Position numbers and translations under genes: made by a program. A stretch of DNA of 63,697 nt, from the UHGV virus genome UHGV-1375174; one strand, written 5' to 3'. Positions 38,595-47,703 of this stretch are shown one piece after another (position 1 is the stretch's first letter; the number at the start of each line of letters is the position of its first letter). This stretch comes from a virus. The notes beneath the pieces were generated by a model, which searched no databases, was not told the origin of the DNA, and saw nothing but the letters and a program-made list of their open reading frames with translations.

Positions 38595-39113
38595 TTATAC
38601 ACTGTACTCACGTACATACAAAGACTCCTCATCTATTGCACGACACAACCTTCTATTTCTATGCAGCTTAGCATGATCTTTGTGTAGCATAAGTACTAAG
38701 TTTTTACCTCTATTATCTGTCTTGTTTCCGTTGATGTGATGTACTGCATAACCGGTAGGAAGTTTGTCTAAACCCATACGCTTACAGCAAACAAGATGGT
38801 GGGACAGAGTTCGTCCTTTCGATGTTGTGCCCTTCCACCACTTCGGTGTAGTTGACCATAGGTATGCATTATACAATCTTGGCCCAGCATATGTAGGTTT
38901 ATAAGCTCTCCTAAAGTTTTCCTGTCGTTTAACTTCTGAGCTACGCTTACGCCTAAAGTCTTTAGAACATAGTATATTCATCCAGTTATGTAATATCTTG
39001 CTGTCTACACCATACTTCTTAGAAAGCTTTCTAATAGAGGTAGTGGTTTCAAATAAATCTGTCATAAACGATAGAATATCAAAACCTTTAGTTAGACCTA
39101 AAGACAAACTCAT
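38595..39113 (-). CDS. HNH homing endonuclease, copy 2
   Basis: HLVCCKRMGLDKLPTGYAVHHINGNKTDNRGKNLVLMLHKDHAKLH. Confidence 0.8.
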   Translation of the reverse strand: MSLSLGLTKGFDILSFMTDLFETTTSIRKLSKKYGVDSKILHNWMNILCSKDFRRKRSSEVKRQENFRRAYKPTYAGPRLYNAYLWSTTPKWWKGTTSKGRTLSHHLVCCKRMGLDKLPTGYAVHHINGNKTDNRGKNLVLMLHKDHAKLHRNRRLCRAIDEESLYVREYSV

Positions 39114-39538
39114 TATTGCATAACATACTCCGGTTGAGTGTCAATCAGCGGTGAAGACATATACCCCTTGCTGAAGTCAAACTCACCATTAACCAAAGCC
39201 TGATACAGCACAGATGCAAGCGTAGATATCTGCGTGTGGTTGAGCTTGAGGTCAGAGTGAACATCTGCAAATTCAATCAGTTCATGAATCATATTGCTGC
39301 CAAAAATGGCGGGCTTTTCAGGATTGTGGTATGCACTGATGGTAGTCGTCTGAGGATCATATTGTGCAAGTACAACATCAGTCTGCTGACCGCCCTCCAC
39401 TACCTCGATAGGGTCACTGAAAACTTTTACGCTTACGTCGTGACCGAACACGCTGAGCGAGCTAGGATAATCCATATTAGATACCTGCCTTTGCAATGTC
39501 TTGAATGTTTTGTTCAAGCATCTGTATGGTACGCTCAA
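39113..39538 (-). CDS. Hypothetical protein (141 aa)
   Basis: ORF. The start may be an internal Met. Confidence 0.4.
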   Translation of the reverse strand: MSVPYRCLNKTFKTLQRQVSNMDYPSSLSVFGHDVSVKVFSDPIEVVEGGQQTDVVLAQYDPQTTTISAYHNPEKPAIFGSNMIHELIEFADVHSDLKLNHTQISTLASVLYQALVNGEFDFSKGYMSSPLIDTQPEYVMQ

Positions 39539-39671
39539 GTTCTGCTTCCGTCATGAGCTTGGCACGAATGCCAACATCCACGAGAAGAATGGGAAGGTTG
39601 AATACAACCAGCGTACCCCAGTACACATTGGCTACACACCGCCAGATAGTCCCAAAGAATTTCTTAATCAT
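39477..39671 (-). CDS. Small membrane protein (64 aa)
   Basis: WRCVANVYWGTLVVFNLPILLVDVGI is a hydrophobic segment. Confidence 0.3.
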   Translation of the reverse strand: MIKKFFGTIWRCVANVYWGTLVVFNLPILLVDVGIRAKLMTEAELERTIQMLEQNIQDIAKAGI

Positions 39672-39886
39672 TCTTGTACCTCCACAGTTTGAATAGTGTA
39701 TCGCACCCAGTCTGTCTGTTCGAGTTTATTAAACTCTTCAAGACCAGAACGACCCAAGATAACAGCATGAACGTAGGCTATTTCTTCTACGACAGGCTCG
39801 CTTCTTGTTTCCAGCCTAAGAATTACGTCTGCTTTCATAACTACTCCTGTAATAGGTGAGGTAACCTTAGCTACCTCACCTTGCAA
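39668..39886 (-). CDS. Hypothetical protein (72 aa)
   Basis: ORF coupled to the downstream gene. Confidence 0.35.
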   Translation of the reverse strand: MQGEVAKVTSPITGVVMKADVILRLETRSEPVVEEIAYVHAVILGRSGLEEFNKLEQTDWVRYTIQTVEVQE

Positions 39887-39896
39887 AAGTTAAACA

Positions 39897-40166
39897 CTAT
39901 GCAGTTGCCTTCGCTGCTAGGATATCTTTGAGAGGAGCTACGTATTCAAACCGTTCCTTCTGTTGCACATCAGGATACTTCTCCTTATCTACATCAGACA
40001 AGAACTCAGCGACAGGTCTAACGAACAGCTTGCGATCTCCATAAAGGGAACGATAAACAACGAACTCGTTTGTGTCAAGATTCGCATCTTTAGCAACCCC
40101 AAGTACGAGATACTGATTGTTCTTGAAATGCTTCACAACAGTCATCGGCTCAAGCTTATTCATATT
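39897..40166 (-). CDS. Hypothetical protein (about 89 aa; internal start MNKLEPMTVV of the ORF 39897-40283, with an ATGA overlap to the upstream stop)
   Basis: The internal ATG at 40166 forms ATGA with the stop of 40165-40449. Confidence 0.4.
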   Translation of the reverse strand, partial: NMNKLEPMTVVKHFKNNQYLVLGVAKDANLDTNEFVVYRSLYGDRKLFVRPVAEFLSDVDKEKYPDVQQKERFEYVAPLKDILAAKATA

Positions 40167-40449
40167 ACACCCACTCGTCGGTTTGTGGTACGTTGACTTT
40201 ACCAAGTTCTTTGCCTTCGGACACACGCAAGTTATACCATCTGCACATGTCAGTCCAGTACGCATACTTACAATGTCCTCCATACTTCTTATGCCAGAAC
40301 ATCAGAGTATCAAGAATGTTTGCAGGCCACTTCCATCCACCATCTCTACGTGTCATGTACGCACGAGTAGACAGAGTCGTGTACGAGTTACCTCCAAACA
40401 AAGCATTGAGAAACTGATTCAAAGCAAGAAGCCATTGTGGTGTAGTCAA
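40165..40449 (-). CDS. Hypothetical protein (94 aa)
   Basis: ORF. Confidence 0.4.
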   Translation of the reverse strand: MTTPQWLLALNQFLNALFGGNSYTTLSTRAYMTRRDGGWKWPANILDTLMFWHKKYGGHCKYAYWTDMCRWYNLRVSEGKELGKVNVPQTDEWV

Positions 40450-40648
40450 GCATTAGTCCTCTACAGTTGAGATATCCTTCATAACCTTGAAGCAACGAAC
40501 GAAGTCGTCTTCCTTCAAAGTAACCTTGATACCAGACCGAAGTTGCACATCGACAATACCCTTGTCTCTATATGTAACGATGGCAGGTATCTTCAATTCA
40601 TATCTAATCACTACACATTCACCTCCTTAAAGAATCTCCCACGTTGAT

Positions 40649-41017
40649 CTAAGCTTGTACATGAGGTGCCTCCTCTTCAATGACAATGTATCTTTCCGTG
40701 AGCTCCTTGTTAGGAACAACGTACCATTCGTTATCCGCAGGATCGACCTTAAACCAATCGCCAACGCGGATAGTCATAGCGTAAACGATAAGGCCGTCTT
40801 CGTCCCTTTGTATGATGTCAATCATAGGATCGACTTCCTGCTTGTGTACAAGAAGTTCAAGTCCTAGATCAGCCCACACCTTAGACAGCTCAGAGAACTG
40901 CTCATCAGTGTATCTAATTGCGTACTCGATGGGCGAGTCTTCACACCACTTAGGGTTATATCTTACCTTGAGCATCTTTCCACTCCTTGTATTGGTTGTG
41001 CACTTTAGCATGTTCAC
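40649..41017 (-). CDS. Hypothetical protein (122 aa)
   Basis: ORF. Confidence 0.45.
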   Translation of the reverse strand: MNMLKCTTNTRSGKMLKVRYNPKWCEDSPIEYAIRYTDEQFSELSKVWADLGLELLVHKQEVDPMIDIIQRDEDGLIVYAMTIRVGDWFKVDPADNEWYVVPNKELTERYIVIEEEAPHVQA

Positions 41018-41354
41018 TTTTTGTAAGAACAGCTAGATTGTTTATGTCATTATTTAGCTTGTTCATATCAATGTGATGAACTTCATATCCTTTTGGTAGC
41101 TGTGTCCAACCAAACTTCTCACACACCAGTAGGATATGCTCTCTAACAAAACCTCTTGATACATACCCTGTGTACCATGAAGGTGGACGAACCGCCTTAT
41201 AACCTTTTATGGAAGATACACCATCAAGTTTGTATCTAGGATTTTGTAGACCACAAAATGTAGTACTTTTGATAGCAGCTTGCTTATGCATCTCTTGCTG
41301 TGTAGACAGCAAAGGTACTTGCCTCATGATATCATACAACACATTGCGGTGCAT
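40956..41354 (-). CDS. HNH homing endonuclease, copy 3 (the ORF extends to 41606 but overlaps the upstream gene; the likely start is an internal Met)
   Basis: HILLVCEKFGWTQLPKGYEVHHIDMNKLNNDINNLAVLTKSEHAKVH. Confidence 0.65.
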   Translation of the reverse strand: MHRNVLYDIMRQVPLLSTQQEMHKQAAIKSTTFCGLQNPRYKLDGVSSIKGYKAVRPPSWYTGYVSRGFVREHILLVCEKFGWTQLPKGYEVHHIDMNKLNNDINNLAVLTKSEHAKVHNQYKEWKDAQGKI

Positions 41355-41439
41355 ACCTACTGTGCGTGAAATAAAACTATAGGACAAAGGGAAGAAGCTG
41401 AGTGCCAGAGAAAGAAATAAAAGAGTAAGACCTTTACGT

Positions 41440-42348
41440 CTAGCTCCCCATGTTTTGCTTTTTGTATTCTGCATATTGGTTGCACCAGTTTTTGACTGGA
41501 CAATATTTCTCACATCTGGTTCTCTCACCCGGTCGAAACTCAACTTTGTACTCAGAGCCAAGTCTCTTGTGGCGAATGTACTCATCTGCTTCTTCACGAG
41601 TGTCACAAAGTTTTGTGGCCTTCGCTGCTCCTACCTTGTAAACGGCATACTTAGCAGGCTTCTCCCAGCATTCGTCCGGAGTGCATACTGGCAGCATGTC
41701 GTCGCTACAGGATTCGGCCTCCACGTGTAGACGAAGGCGTTCCTTGTAGTAGGACTCGCGCTCTTCAAGAGGCAGCACGCGGTAGCGGAATTCGTTGAAA
41801 GGTAATTCGGGATACTTGTCATCTTTGTACCGTCCAGATTGAGGTCTCCAATCCATATAGATGGCGTTGATAGCAACATCTTTTACCGGATACCCCTCCT
41901 TCTCAAGGAAGTACGCATTGATGTTGAGCTGGTCAATCCATTCTTTCTTACCAGTGCTTCCGTGCATATACGCGGAGCAAGTTTTCCAGTCGGAAAGAGT
42001 CTGTGTCTCTTTATCATAGAGGTCAAACTTTGCGACGACCCGTCTGTATGTTGACTCATCGCCTCCATCAGGCTTGTCAAAGCGTGTGACTTTACGTTCG
42101 ACCAGATACTTTGGATTCTTTGAAAGAGCTGATTCCATCTCATGATGTACTGCGTTACCTCTCCAGACATACCATTGATCCATCAGGTCTTCGACAATCT
42201 CATGCTTGTGTCTCTTGTAGAGCTGCACATAACGTGGACTATCAATCAGTGATGTAGCACTGTAGTCTGATGCACCAACAGGGTCATAAGGTTGAGGTTG
42301 AAGGGCGTCCTCAAATGCTTTGGGCAGACGATACTTGTTTGTGTACAT
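41440..42348 (-). CDS. Cas4/RecB-like PD-(D/E)xK exonuclease with a C-terminal Cys cluster (302 aa)
   Basis: The C-terminus C...CEKYCPVKNWC resembles the Fe-S cysteine cluster of Cas4/AddB-type nucleases. It lies in the replication module. Confidence 0.4.
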   Translation of the reverse strand: MYTNKYRLPKAFEDALQPQPYDPVGASDYSATSLIDSPRYVQLYKRHKHEIVEDLMDQWYVWRGNAVHHEMESALSKNPKYLVERKVTRFDKPDGGDESTYRRVVAKFDLYDKETQTLSDWKTCSAYMHGSTGKKEWIDQLNINAYFLEKEGYPVKDVAINAIYMDWRPQSGRYKDDKYPELPFNEFRYRVLPLEERESYYKERLRLHVEAESCSDDMLPVCTPDECWEKPAKYAVYKVGAAKATKLCDTREEADEYIRHKRLGSEYKVEFRPGERTRCEKYCPVKNWCNQYAEYKKQNMGS

Positions 42349-42442
42349 AACACTCCTAAAAAGAAAAGGCCAGTATATGATGTATATGTTGTCAAGTTAC
42401 ATATTCACACCAATAGACTGGCCTCTTTTGAGTTAAGCTAAC

Positions 42443-42874
42443 TTATCTTACCCAAGCAGGAGTTCCACCGGTAGCAGCCAACGCGGCCTCGCTACCTTCA
42501 ACGCCTTGCGACTTGAGAGCTTTTTCTTGCTCTTCTGTCAACGGTTCATATGTGGGAAGATCTCTGCTCTCACCGAGCTTTTCAACGGAAGCAATGTCCC
42601 ACATATTACCACCTCTGCGAACGAACTTCATGATGACAATGTCACCCGGAGAACATGCCTTCTGGAAGAACTGTACAATAGAACAGTTAGGACGTTCGAT
42701 ACCCTTCTCGATTACTGTGGTAGCAGTGTTCTCAAAGAGAATCTTTTCATAAGGAGTGTTGGGATCTTTATCATAGCCCTTGCGTTCTCCTTTGAGTACG
42801 TAACCAGTAAAGGTACGACCAGCCCTTGACACCAGATCATGTTTCAGTTCGATGCTATCGAAAATAAACCACAT
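42443..42874 (-). CDS. Hypothetical protein (143 aa), possibly an ssDNA-binding protein
   Basis: Lies immediately upstream of the polymerase fragments. There is no firm motif. Confidence 0.35.
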   Translation of the reverse strand: MWFIFDSIELKHDLVSRAGRTFTGYVLKGERKGYDKDPNTPYEKILFENTATTVIEKGIERPNCSIVQFFQKACSPGDIVIMKFVRRGGNMWDIASVEKLGESRDLPTYEPLTEEQEKALKSQGVEGSEAALAATGGTPAWVR

Positions 42875-42933
42875 GGACTTTTCCTATGTTTTCACGCGCG
42901 TATAAAAGAAAGATAAACACGAAAGAAGATTTG

Positions 42934-43830
42934 TCAAGAGAGGAAGGCAGGAAGATCTGCGAAGATCTTATCCATCTCTTCTTCCTTGATCTCTTTCGTA
43001 TTACCATAGTCATACCCTATTTCACAGTCTCCTGTCAAGGGTACCACAATATCCCAACCAAAGTATTCTTTAGCAAGTTGAGGAAGACTGTGTATCAGTT
43101 TGAGAGCTTCACGACATAACGTCTCTGCTTCTTCGATGGGAGAATCAAATACCATAGAGTCATGCACTTGAAGAATCAAGTTAGCCTTGAGACCGAGTTC
43201 TGCTACTCGTTCTATGAACTTAACCATACCTAGATACATAATGTCAGATGAGGCAGACTGAACAGGATAGTTCTTTACCTGCTTGACATCAACGGATTCA
43301 ATACCATTACGTACTTCTTCATCAAACGTAAGCACACGTCCAGAAGGATTACGTAAGTATCCACGTGCGGCTGCAATCTGTGCGTTCTCGTCTTGCCAAC
43401 GCTTCAAGCCTTGATACTTTGCATAGAATGCGTTAACAATCTCTCTCCATCTCTTTAAGCTATAGTCAGGCATACGCTGGTCTCGATAGAAACCTTCAGC
43501 GGAACCACCATAGAGAAGACGAAAGGACATTGTCTTAGCAGCTGTACGAACTTTCTTGAACTCTTTCGAGCCACGTTCATACTGGCCAGCATCAAAGAAT
43601 CGGATAGCATTGTCAGCATGAATGTCCAGACCTGTATCCAATTCATGAAGCATGACAGGATCTCTACTCAACTCAGCGGCTATGCGCCATTCAATCTGAG
43701 CTAAGTCAATGTTTACAATAACCCCTTGTTTGCTTTTAAAGAATGTTTTGATGGGGCTGGTACCATTACGGGGAAAGTTCTGCCCATTCTCAAATTTTGT
43801 ATGTCGATCAGCTAAACATACTTCCCACAT
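42934..43830 (-). CDS. Family-A DNA polymerase, C-terminal fragment (polymerase motifs A, B and C)
   Basis: Begins at the NLQNIP-equivalent ENGQNFPRNGTSPIKTFF. Motif A is NIDLAQIEWRIAAELS, motif B KKVRTAAKTMSFRLLYG, motif C LQVHDSMVFD. An in-frame stop lies 9 codons upstream of the ATG. Confidence 0.85.
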   Translation of the reverse strand: MWEVCLADRHTKFENGQNFPRNGTSPIKTFFKSKQGVIVNIDLAQIEWRIAAELSRDPVMLHELDTGLDIHADNAIRFFDAGQYERGSKEFKKVRTAAKTMSFRLLYGGSAEGFYRDQRMPDYSLKRWREIVNAFYAKYQGLKRWQDENAQIAAARGYLRNPSGRVLTFDEEVRNGIESVDVKQVKNYPVQSASSDIMYLGMVKFIERVAELGLKANLILQVHDSMVFDSPIEEAETLCREALKLIHSLPQLAKEYFGWDIVVPLTGDCEIGYDYGNTKEIKEEEMDKIFADLPAFLS

Positions 43831-43846
43831 TACTGTGGTAATTGGA

Positions 43847-44437
43847 CTATATCATCAAGAGTAGACAGTACCTAAAGAGTAAGCCTACCCAAGCTGGGCG
43901 CTGTCCTATGTCTTCATAGGCGCTTAGTCTCTGCACCTTCTTCAGTATTGCATGAATACGTCTGTGCTGACCAGACTTTAACAAAGCTAGATTCCAAACC
44001 TCATTGCACAACTTATCACCGTTAACATGATGAACGTGTATTCCTTTTGGAACCTGTGTTATACCATCTCTTTTACAGGCAACGACATGATGCACAAAAA
44101 CTTTACTAGAGTTTCCACGTGTTCCCAAAAACCATCGCGGCTTATAGACTAAAGCATAACCATCATTGTCTATCGTAATACCACCTGTATAAAAAGGACT
44201 GTGCTTTCCTTTCCTGTTATACATAGTGTTTAACTTACCAAGCTGCGCTCGTCTATAGTTCTTGGCTTTACGTGTTTTTCTTTCTTCTTCTGAAAGTCTA
44301 TTCTTAGCTACTCGCCATATAACTTTAGTACTAGTCTTTAGTTCATCAGCAATTTGTTGATATGTAAAGGATGTATTGATTAAGAGATGATATGCTTGTT
44401 CATGCACTGAAGCTTGGCTCATGATTGCCCTCAGCAA
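43847..44437 (-). CDS. HNH homing endonuclease, copy 4, inserted between the two polymerase fragments
   Basis: HHVVACKRDGITQVPKGIHVHHVNGDKLCNEVWNLALLKSGQHRRIH. It is 33 nt from the N-fragment stop and 16 nt from the C-fragment start. Confidence 0.8.
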   Translation of the reverse strand: MLRAIMSQASVHEQAYHLLINTSFTYQQIADELKTSTKVIWRVAKNRLSEEERKTRKAKNYRRAQLGKLNTMYNRKGKHSPFYTGGITIDNDGYALVYKPRWFLGTRGNSSKVFVHHVVACKRDGITQVPKGIHVHHVNGDKLCNEVWNLALLKSGQHRRIHAILKKVQRLSAYEDIGQRPAWVGLLFRYCLLLMI

Positions 44438-44470
44438 TCTCTGTTAGGGTTTCCATGAGTTCACCCAGTT

Positions 44471-45607
44471 TTACAACCCCAATGGGTACTTAGGGTTGGA
44501 AGAAGAGAGTCTACCTGTACGTGTGATGCACTGGTTAAAGGAAGGATGAAGCCTATCATCTTTACCGATGACAGCAATCAGTCCTGCCTCTTTCTCTTCT
44601 TTAGAACCAGCAATTGAGGACACTACTTTCATCAGCTTCTTCTGATCTCGTAGTGTTTGAAGGAAGGACTCAGAGCGTTTGTCACGAGACTTTAACAAAT
44701 CAAGTGTGTTCTTATCAGTTGAAGGCAAGCCGGTCTTCTTAGACAAGCAGCCGTCTGGAACTTTAAAACCAAGTCCCTTGATAGGGATCTCAATCTTAGT
44801 CTTACGTGTGGTGATCTTAAACTTACCGCTCTTTAGCTGACGAGCTACAAGTTCAGGAACTTCTTTCTTCCAAGAACCACCAAATAAAACAGCACTGAGT
44901 TGTGAAGCAGAGGAGGGAGTAAAGTCAATACCAGCCAGATCGACCAGCGTCTTGTCCATTGCTTTAACCTGTTCACGCGTTTGGTTACAGTAAGCAATAG
45001 CTTCTTCTTTGTCGAAGGCTGCACCAGATACTTCCATGTCAGAAAGGATCTGGGTTAGACGGAAAGAAAGTTCCGTTATCTTGCCAAGGCTTGCACGCTC
45101 AATGAGCGGGAGTTGTTTCTTGAACACGTCATGTGTAAGATGTACGTCCTGCTTGAGATAGTCTTCATGAATCTCCAACGGAATCTCATCCGTCTCGTAT
45201 CCAGCTTGCCAATACATAGCCATAGCATCGAGCTTATGCCCTAAGCCATAGCGTTTGGCAACAGCATTCAAACTATACTCAAGTTTGCGCTGACCATTTA
45301 TGAGATAGTCAGCTACCATCGTACACCAGACTGGCTTGTCCTTGACATTCAAACCAATCCACTTCAACCAGTTCAAGTCGAACTTAATGTTGTGTCCAAT
45401 CAAGAAGTCAACACTGTCAATCTCTTGTTGGATTTCAGCAAGAAGTTCTTCATGTGGTCTATCATTCGGATTGAAGAACCACACAGTTGAGGTACCATCT
45501 TGGCGTTCGATTCCAACAGAGCACAGATACGAGCCTATTGTCCAAGGCATATGCTTCGGTGCTTTAGAACATTCCACATCCAAAACTACGTAGCACGCTT
45601 TAGACAT
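44471..45607 (-). CDS. Family-A DNA polymerase, N-terminal fragment (3'-5' exonuclease domain plus the start of the polymerase domain)
   Basis: Exo I VVLDVEC, Exo II GHNIKFDLNWL, Exo III YLKQDVHLTHD. It ends ...TRTGRLSSSNPKYPLGL*, inside the conserved TGRLSSxxPNLQNIP motif. Confidence 0.8.
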   Translation of the reverse strand: MSKACYVVLDVECSKAPKHMPWTIGSYLCSVGIERQDGTSTVWFFNPNDRPHEELLAEIQQEIDSVDFLIGHNIKFDLNWLKWIGLNVKDKPVWCTMVADYLINGQRKLEYSLNAVAKRYGLGHKLDAMAMYWQAGYETDEIPLEIHEDYLKQDVHLTHDVFKKQLPLIERASLGKITELSFRLTQILSDMEVSGAAFDKEEAIAYCNQTREQVKAMDKTLVDLAGIDFTPSSASQLSAVLFGGSWKKEVPELVARQLKSGKFKITTRKTKIEIPIKGLGFKVPDGCLSKKTGLPSTDKNTLDLLKSRDKRSESFLQTLRDQKKLMKVVSSIAGSKEEKEAGLIAVIGKDDRLHPSFNQCITRTGRLSSSNPKYPLGL

Positions 45608-46074
45608 AAATAACTATCTCTAGCCAAGTTATGGATACGCACATGCTCTTTCTTAGTTATTAGTTGAAGATTATACCAACGATTATCTGTACGAATACCA
45701 TTGATATGATGGACACACATACCTTTTGGCAAGTAGGTTAGTCCATGTCTCTTACAACATACAAGCACATGAGAGAACACGTAGTTTTGTGCACATTCAG
45801 TACCAGTCCACCATGATGGAGTATGACTACGATAATAACCTGAACGTGTTAAAGATGGCCCAACTTTTCTTTTTGATTTATCAGCATTATGTTTAACAAG
45901 TACAGCTCTAAGTCTAGATGCAAGTGCCGTTAAGAATAAATCTTTGACACGCAGTACAGAGGGAATAGTTCTCTCATGAATATCAGCAATGTCTTCATAT
46001 GACATAAGCGTATTGGTTATATACCAATGTATGCTACTGATTTCATCTTTAGACAGATACCGACTTGTTGACAT
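45586..46074 (-). CDS. HNH homing endonuclease, copy 5
   Basis: HVLVCCKRHGLTYLPKGMCVHHINGIRTDNRWYNLQLITKKEHVRIH. It overlaps the start of the polymerase N-fragment by 22 nt. Confidence 0.75.
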   Translation of the reverse strand: MSTSRYLSKDEISSIHWYITNTLMSYEDIADIHERTIPSVLRVKDLFLTALASRLRAVLVKHNADKSKRKVGPSLTRSGYYRSHTPSWWTGTECAQNYVFSHVLVCCKRHGLTYLPKGMCVHHINGIRTDNRWYNLQLITKKEHVRIHNLARDSYLCLKRAT

Positions 46075-46075
46075 A

Positions 46076-46303
46076 CTACTTACTCGACTTAGCTTCGGTC
46101 GTCACGGTAGGCTCATCAAGCGAGAGAGACATCGTGGCTACGTTATTTGCTGCCTCAGCTTTCGTATAGTCTTTAAGCGCAGTCAGCATATCGACGAGGG
46201 AGAGATCGCGCAGAGCAAGACCAGTTTCCTGTTCCAACTTAGCAACAAATTCTTCGAAAGCGATATCAGCCTGAGCAATAACCTTGTTAGTGAATACGGA
46301 CAT
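46076..46303 (-). CDS. Hypothetical protein (75 aa)
   Basis: ORF. Confidence 0.35.
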   Translation of the reverse strand: MSVFTNKVIAQADIAFEEFVAKLEQETGLALRDLSLVDMLTALKDYTKAEAANNVATMSLSLDEPTVTTEAKSSK

Positions 46304-46305
46304 GT

Positions 46306-47703
46306 TTACTTCTGTTCCATGTTAGGGTTCCCATATATCTCAGACAAGAGTGACTTGAAGGTGGACTTGATCTCAGGTGAGCCAGAACCTTGGGGAGACT
46401 GGTCGTCGGACTTCGACACTTCGGAGAAGCTACCTGATGCCTTGTCAGTATACAAGGCACATGAAGCGTTGAACACTACTTCATATCTGCCATGCTTACC
46501 TTCATTCATCTTGTTCTTACACAGAGATATATATCTAATACTGCAAACAGGATTGTCAACATCATCAAATGATTTTCCTATCCCAATTGCATAGTCAAGC
46601 TCACCGGGCTTACCGGTCTTGCTGTTGTCCATGTCAGAAGTCTTCAACCATTTCAACCCTTCGGCTGAAGCTGACGCCTGACCAACAGCAATAACATCAC
46701 AGTCGTATGACTTAGCGAGTTCACGGAACTTACCGTACACAGCTTTAAGTCTATCGACAGTTGACATATCTCTGTCACCAGAGAAACGAACCTTGTCACC
46801 TTGGTCAATAACCAAGAGGCGCACGTTGTATGTCTTCATCAACTGTTCAATATCTTCAACAGTAATGATAGCTTGGTCATAGATTTTTATTTTGTGTCCA
46901 CCTAATTTGGTGAACTCTTCTTCTGCATCAGTAGGATAGTTTATGAGATCAGTCTTGTTGCACTTAAGCACTGACTGATAGATACGAAAGAGAACACGTT
47001 TGCCTTTCTCTTCGTTGTTACACCAAAGTATAACCTCATCATCCTTCAACTGCGATGCAAAGTTAGAAACTTCTGATACAATAAACGATGTCTTACCTGT
47101 ATCGACTCTAGCAAATACGTGACCAAGGCTACCACCTCTTAGTTCTCCGATGCTTTCGTTCAGGCAGGACAAGCGCCATCGTAATCCAGCTTCATGTACT
47201 TCTTCTTGTAAGAGTTCAGTCAAGTTAGACTTTACAAATAGTTGGTCTTCATCTTTGTTAAGCTTCACTTTGCGTTCGTTGAACTCTGATAACATCTCCT
47301 GTACTTCGTCAAGGACAGAGTATGAATCACCGTCAAGAACTTCAGTCAACTTAAATACCATCTCACTTGCAAAATATTTCTCAAGGAAGTGGTTTAAGTT
47401 TTCTTCAAGTACTTTATTATCAATCTCAGTTGAACCTAAACGCTCAAGGTAAGCAGAATAAGATGTTCTCTTCTTCAGGATAGGGTGCTTCACTGAAAAG
47501 AAAACAAGTAATTCTTCAACACTAAGGACTTTTTTATCAGGATATTCAGAGAAATATTCCTGAATTGTTTTCAGAAAGTTCTTAGTTTCAAGTTCAAGGT
47601 TCAACTCAAAGATGAATTTAAAATACTTATCAAAGTTTTCTTTGCTTAACAAGAACAAAACAAGGGAGATTTCCTCAATGTTCATAATGCCTTGCTTGTT
47701 CAA
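46306..47703 (-). CDS. DnaB-family replicative helicase (465 aa)
   Basis: Walker A FARVDTGKTSF and Walker B RLLVIDQGDKV, in a RecA-like C-terminal domain. Confidence 0.7.
   Translation of the reverse strand: MNKQGIMNIEEISLVLFLLSKENFDKYFKFIFELNLELETKNFLKTIQEYFSEYPDKKVLSVEELLVFFSVKHPILKKRTSYSAYLERLGSTEIDNKVLEENLNHFLEKYFASEMVFKLTEVLDGDSYSVLDEVQEMLSEFNERKVKLNKDEDQLFVKSNLTELLQEEVHEAGLRWRLSCLNESIGELRGGSLGHVFARVDTGKTSFIVSEVSNFASQLKDDEVILWCNNEEKGKRVLFRIYQSVLKCNKTDLINYPTDAEEEFTKLGGHKIKIYDQAIITVEDIEQLMKTYNVRLLVIDQGDKVRFSGDRDMSTVDRLKAVYGKFRELAKSYDCDVIAVGQASASAEGLKWLKTSDMDNSKTGKPGELDYAIGIGKSFDDVDNPVCSIRYISLCKNKMNEGKHGRYEVVFNASCALYTDKASGSFSEVSKSDDQSPQGSGSPEIKSTFKSLLSEIYGNPNMEQK

Noticed and set aside
43830-44471. 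Group I intron or intein as the explanation for the interrupted polymerase gene
   Set aside because: Only 33 nt and 16 nt separate the HNH ORF from the flanking fragments, so there is no room for intron core structure. The HNH ORF is in a different frame and has its own stop, which an intein would not. An in-frame stop precedes the C-fragment.
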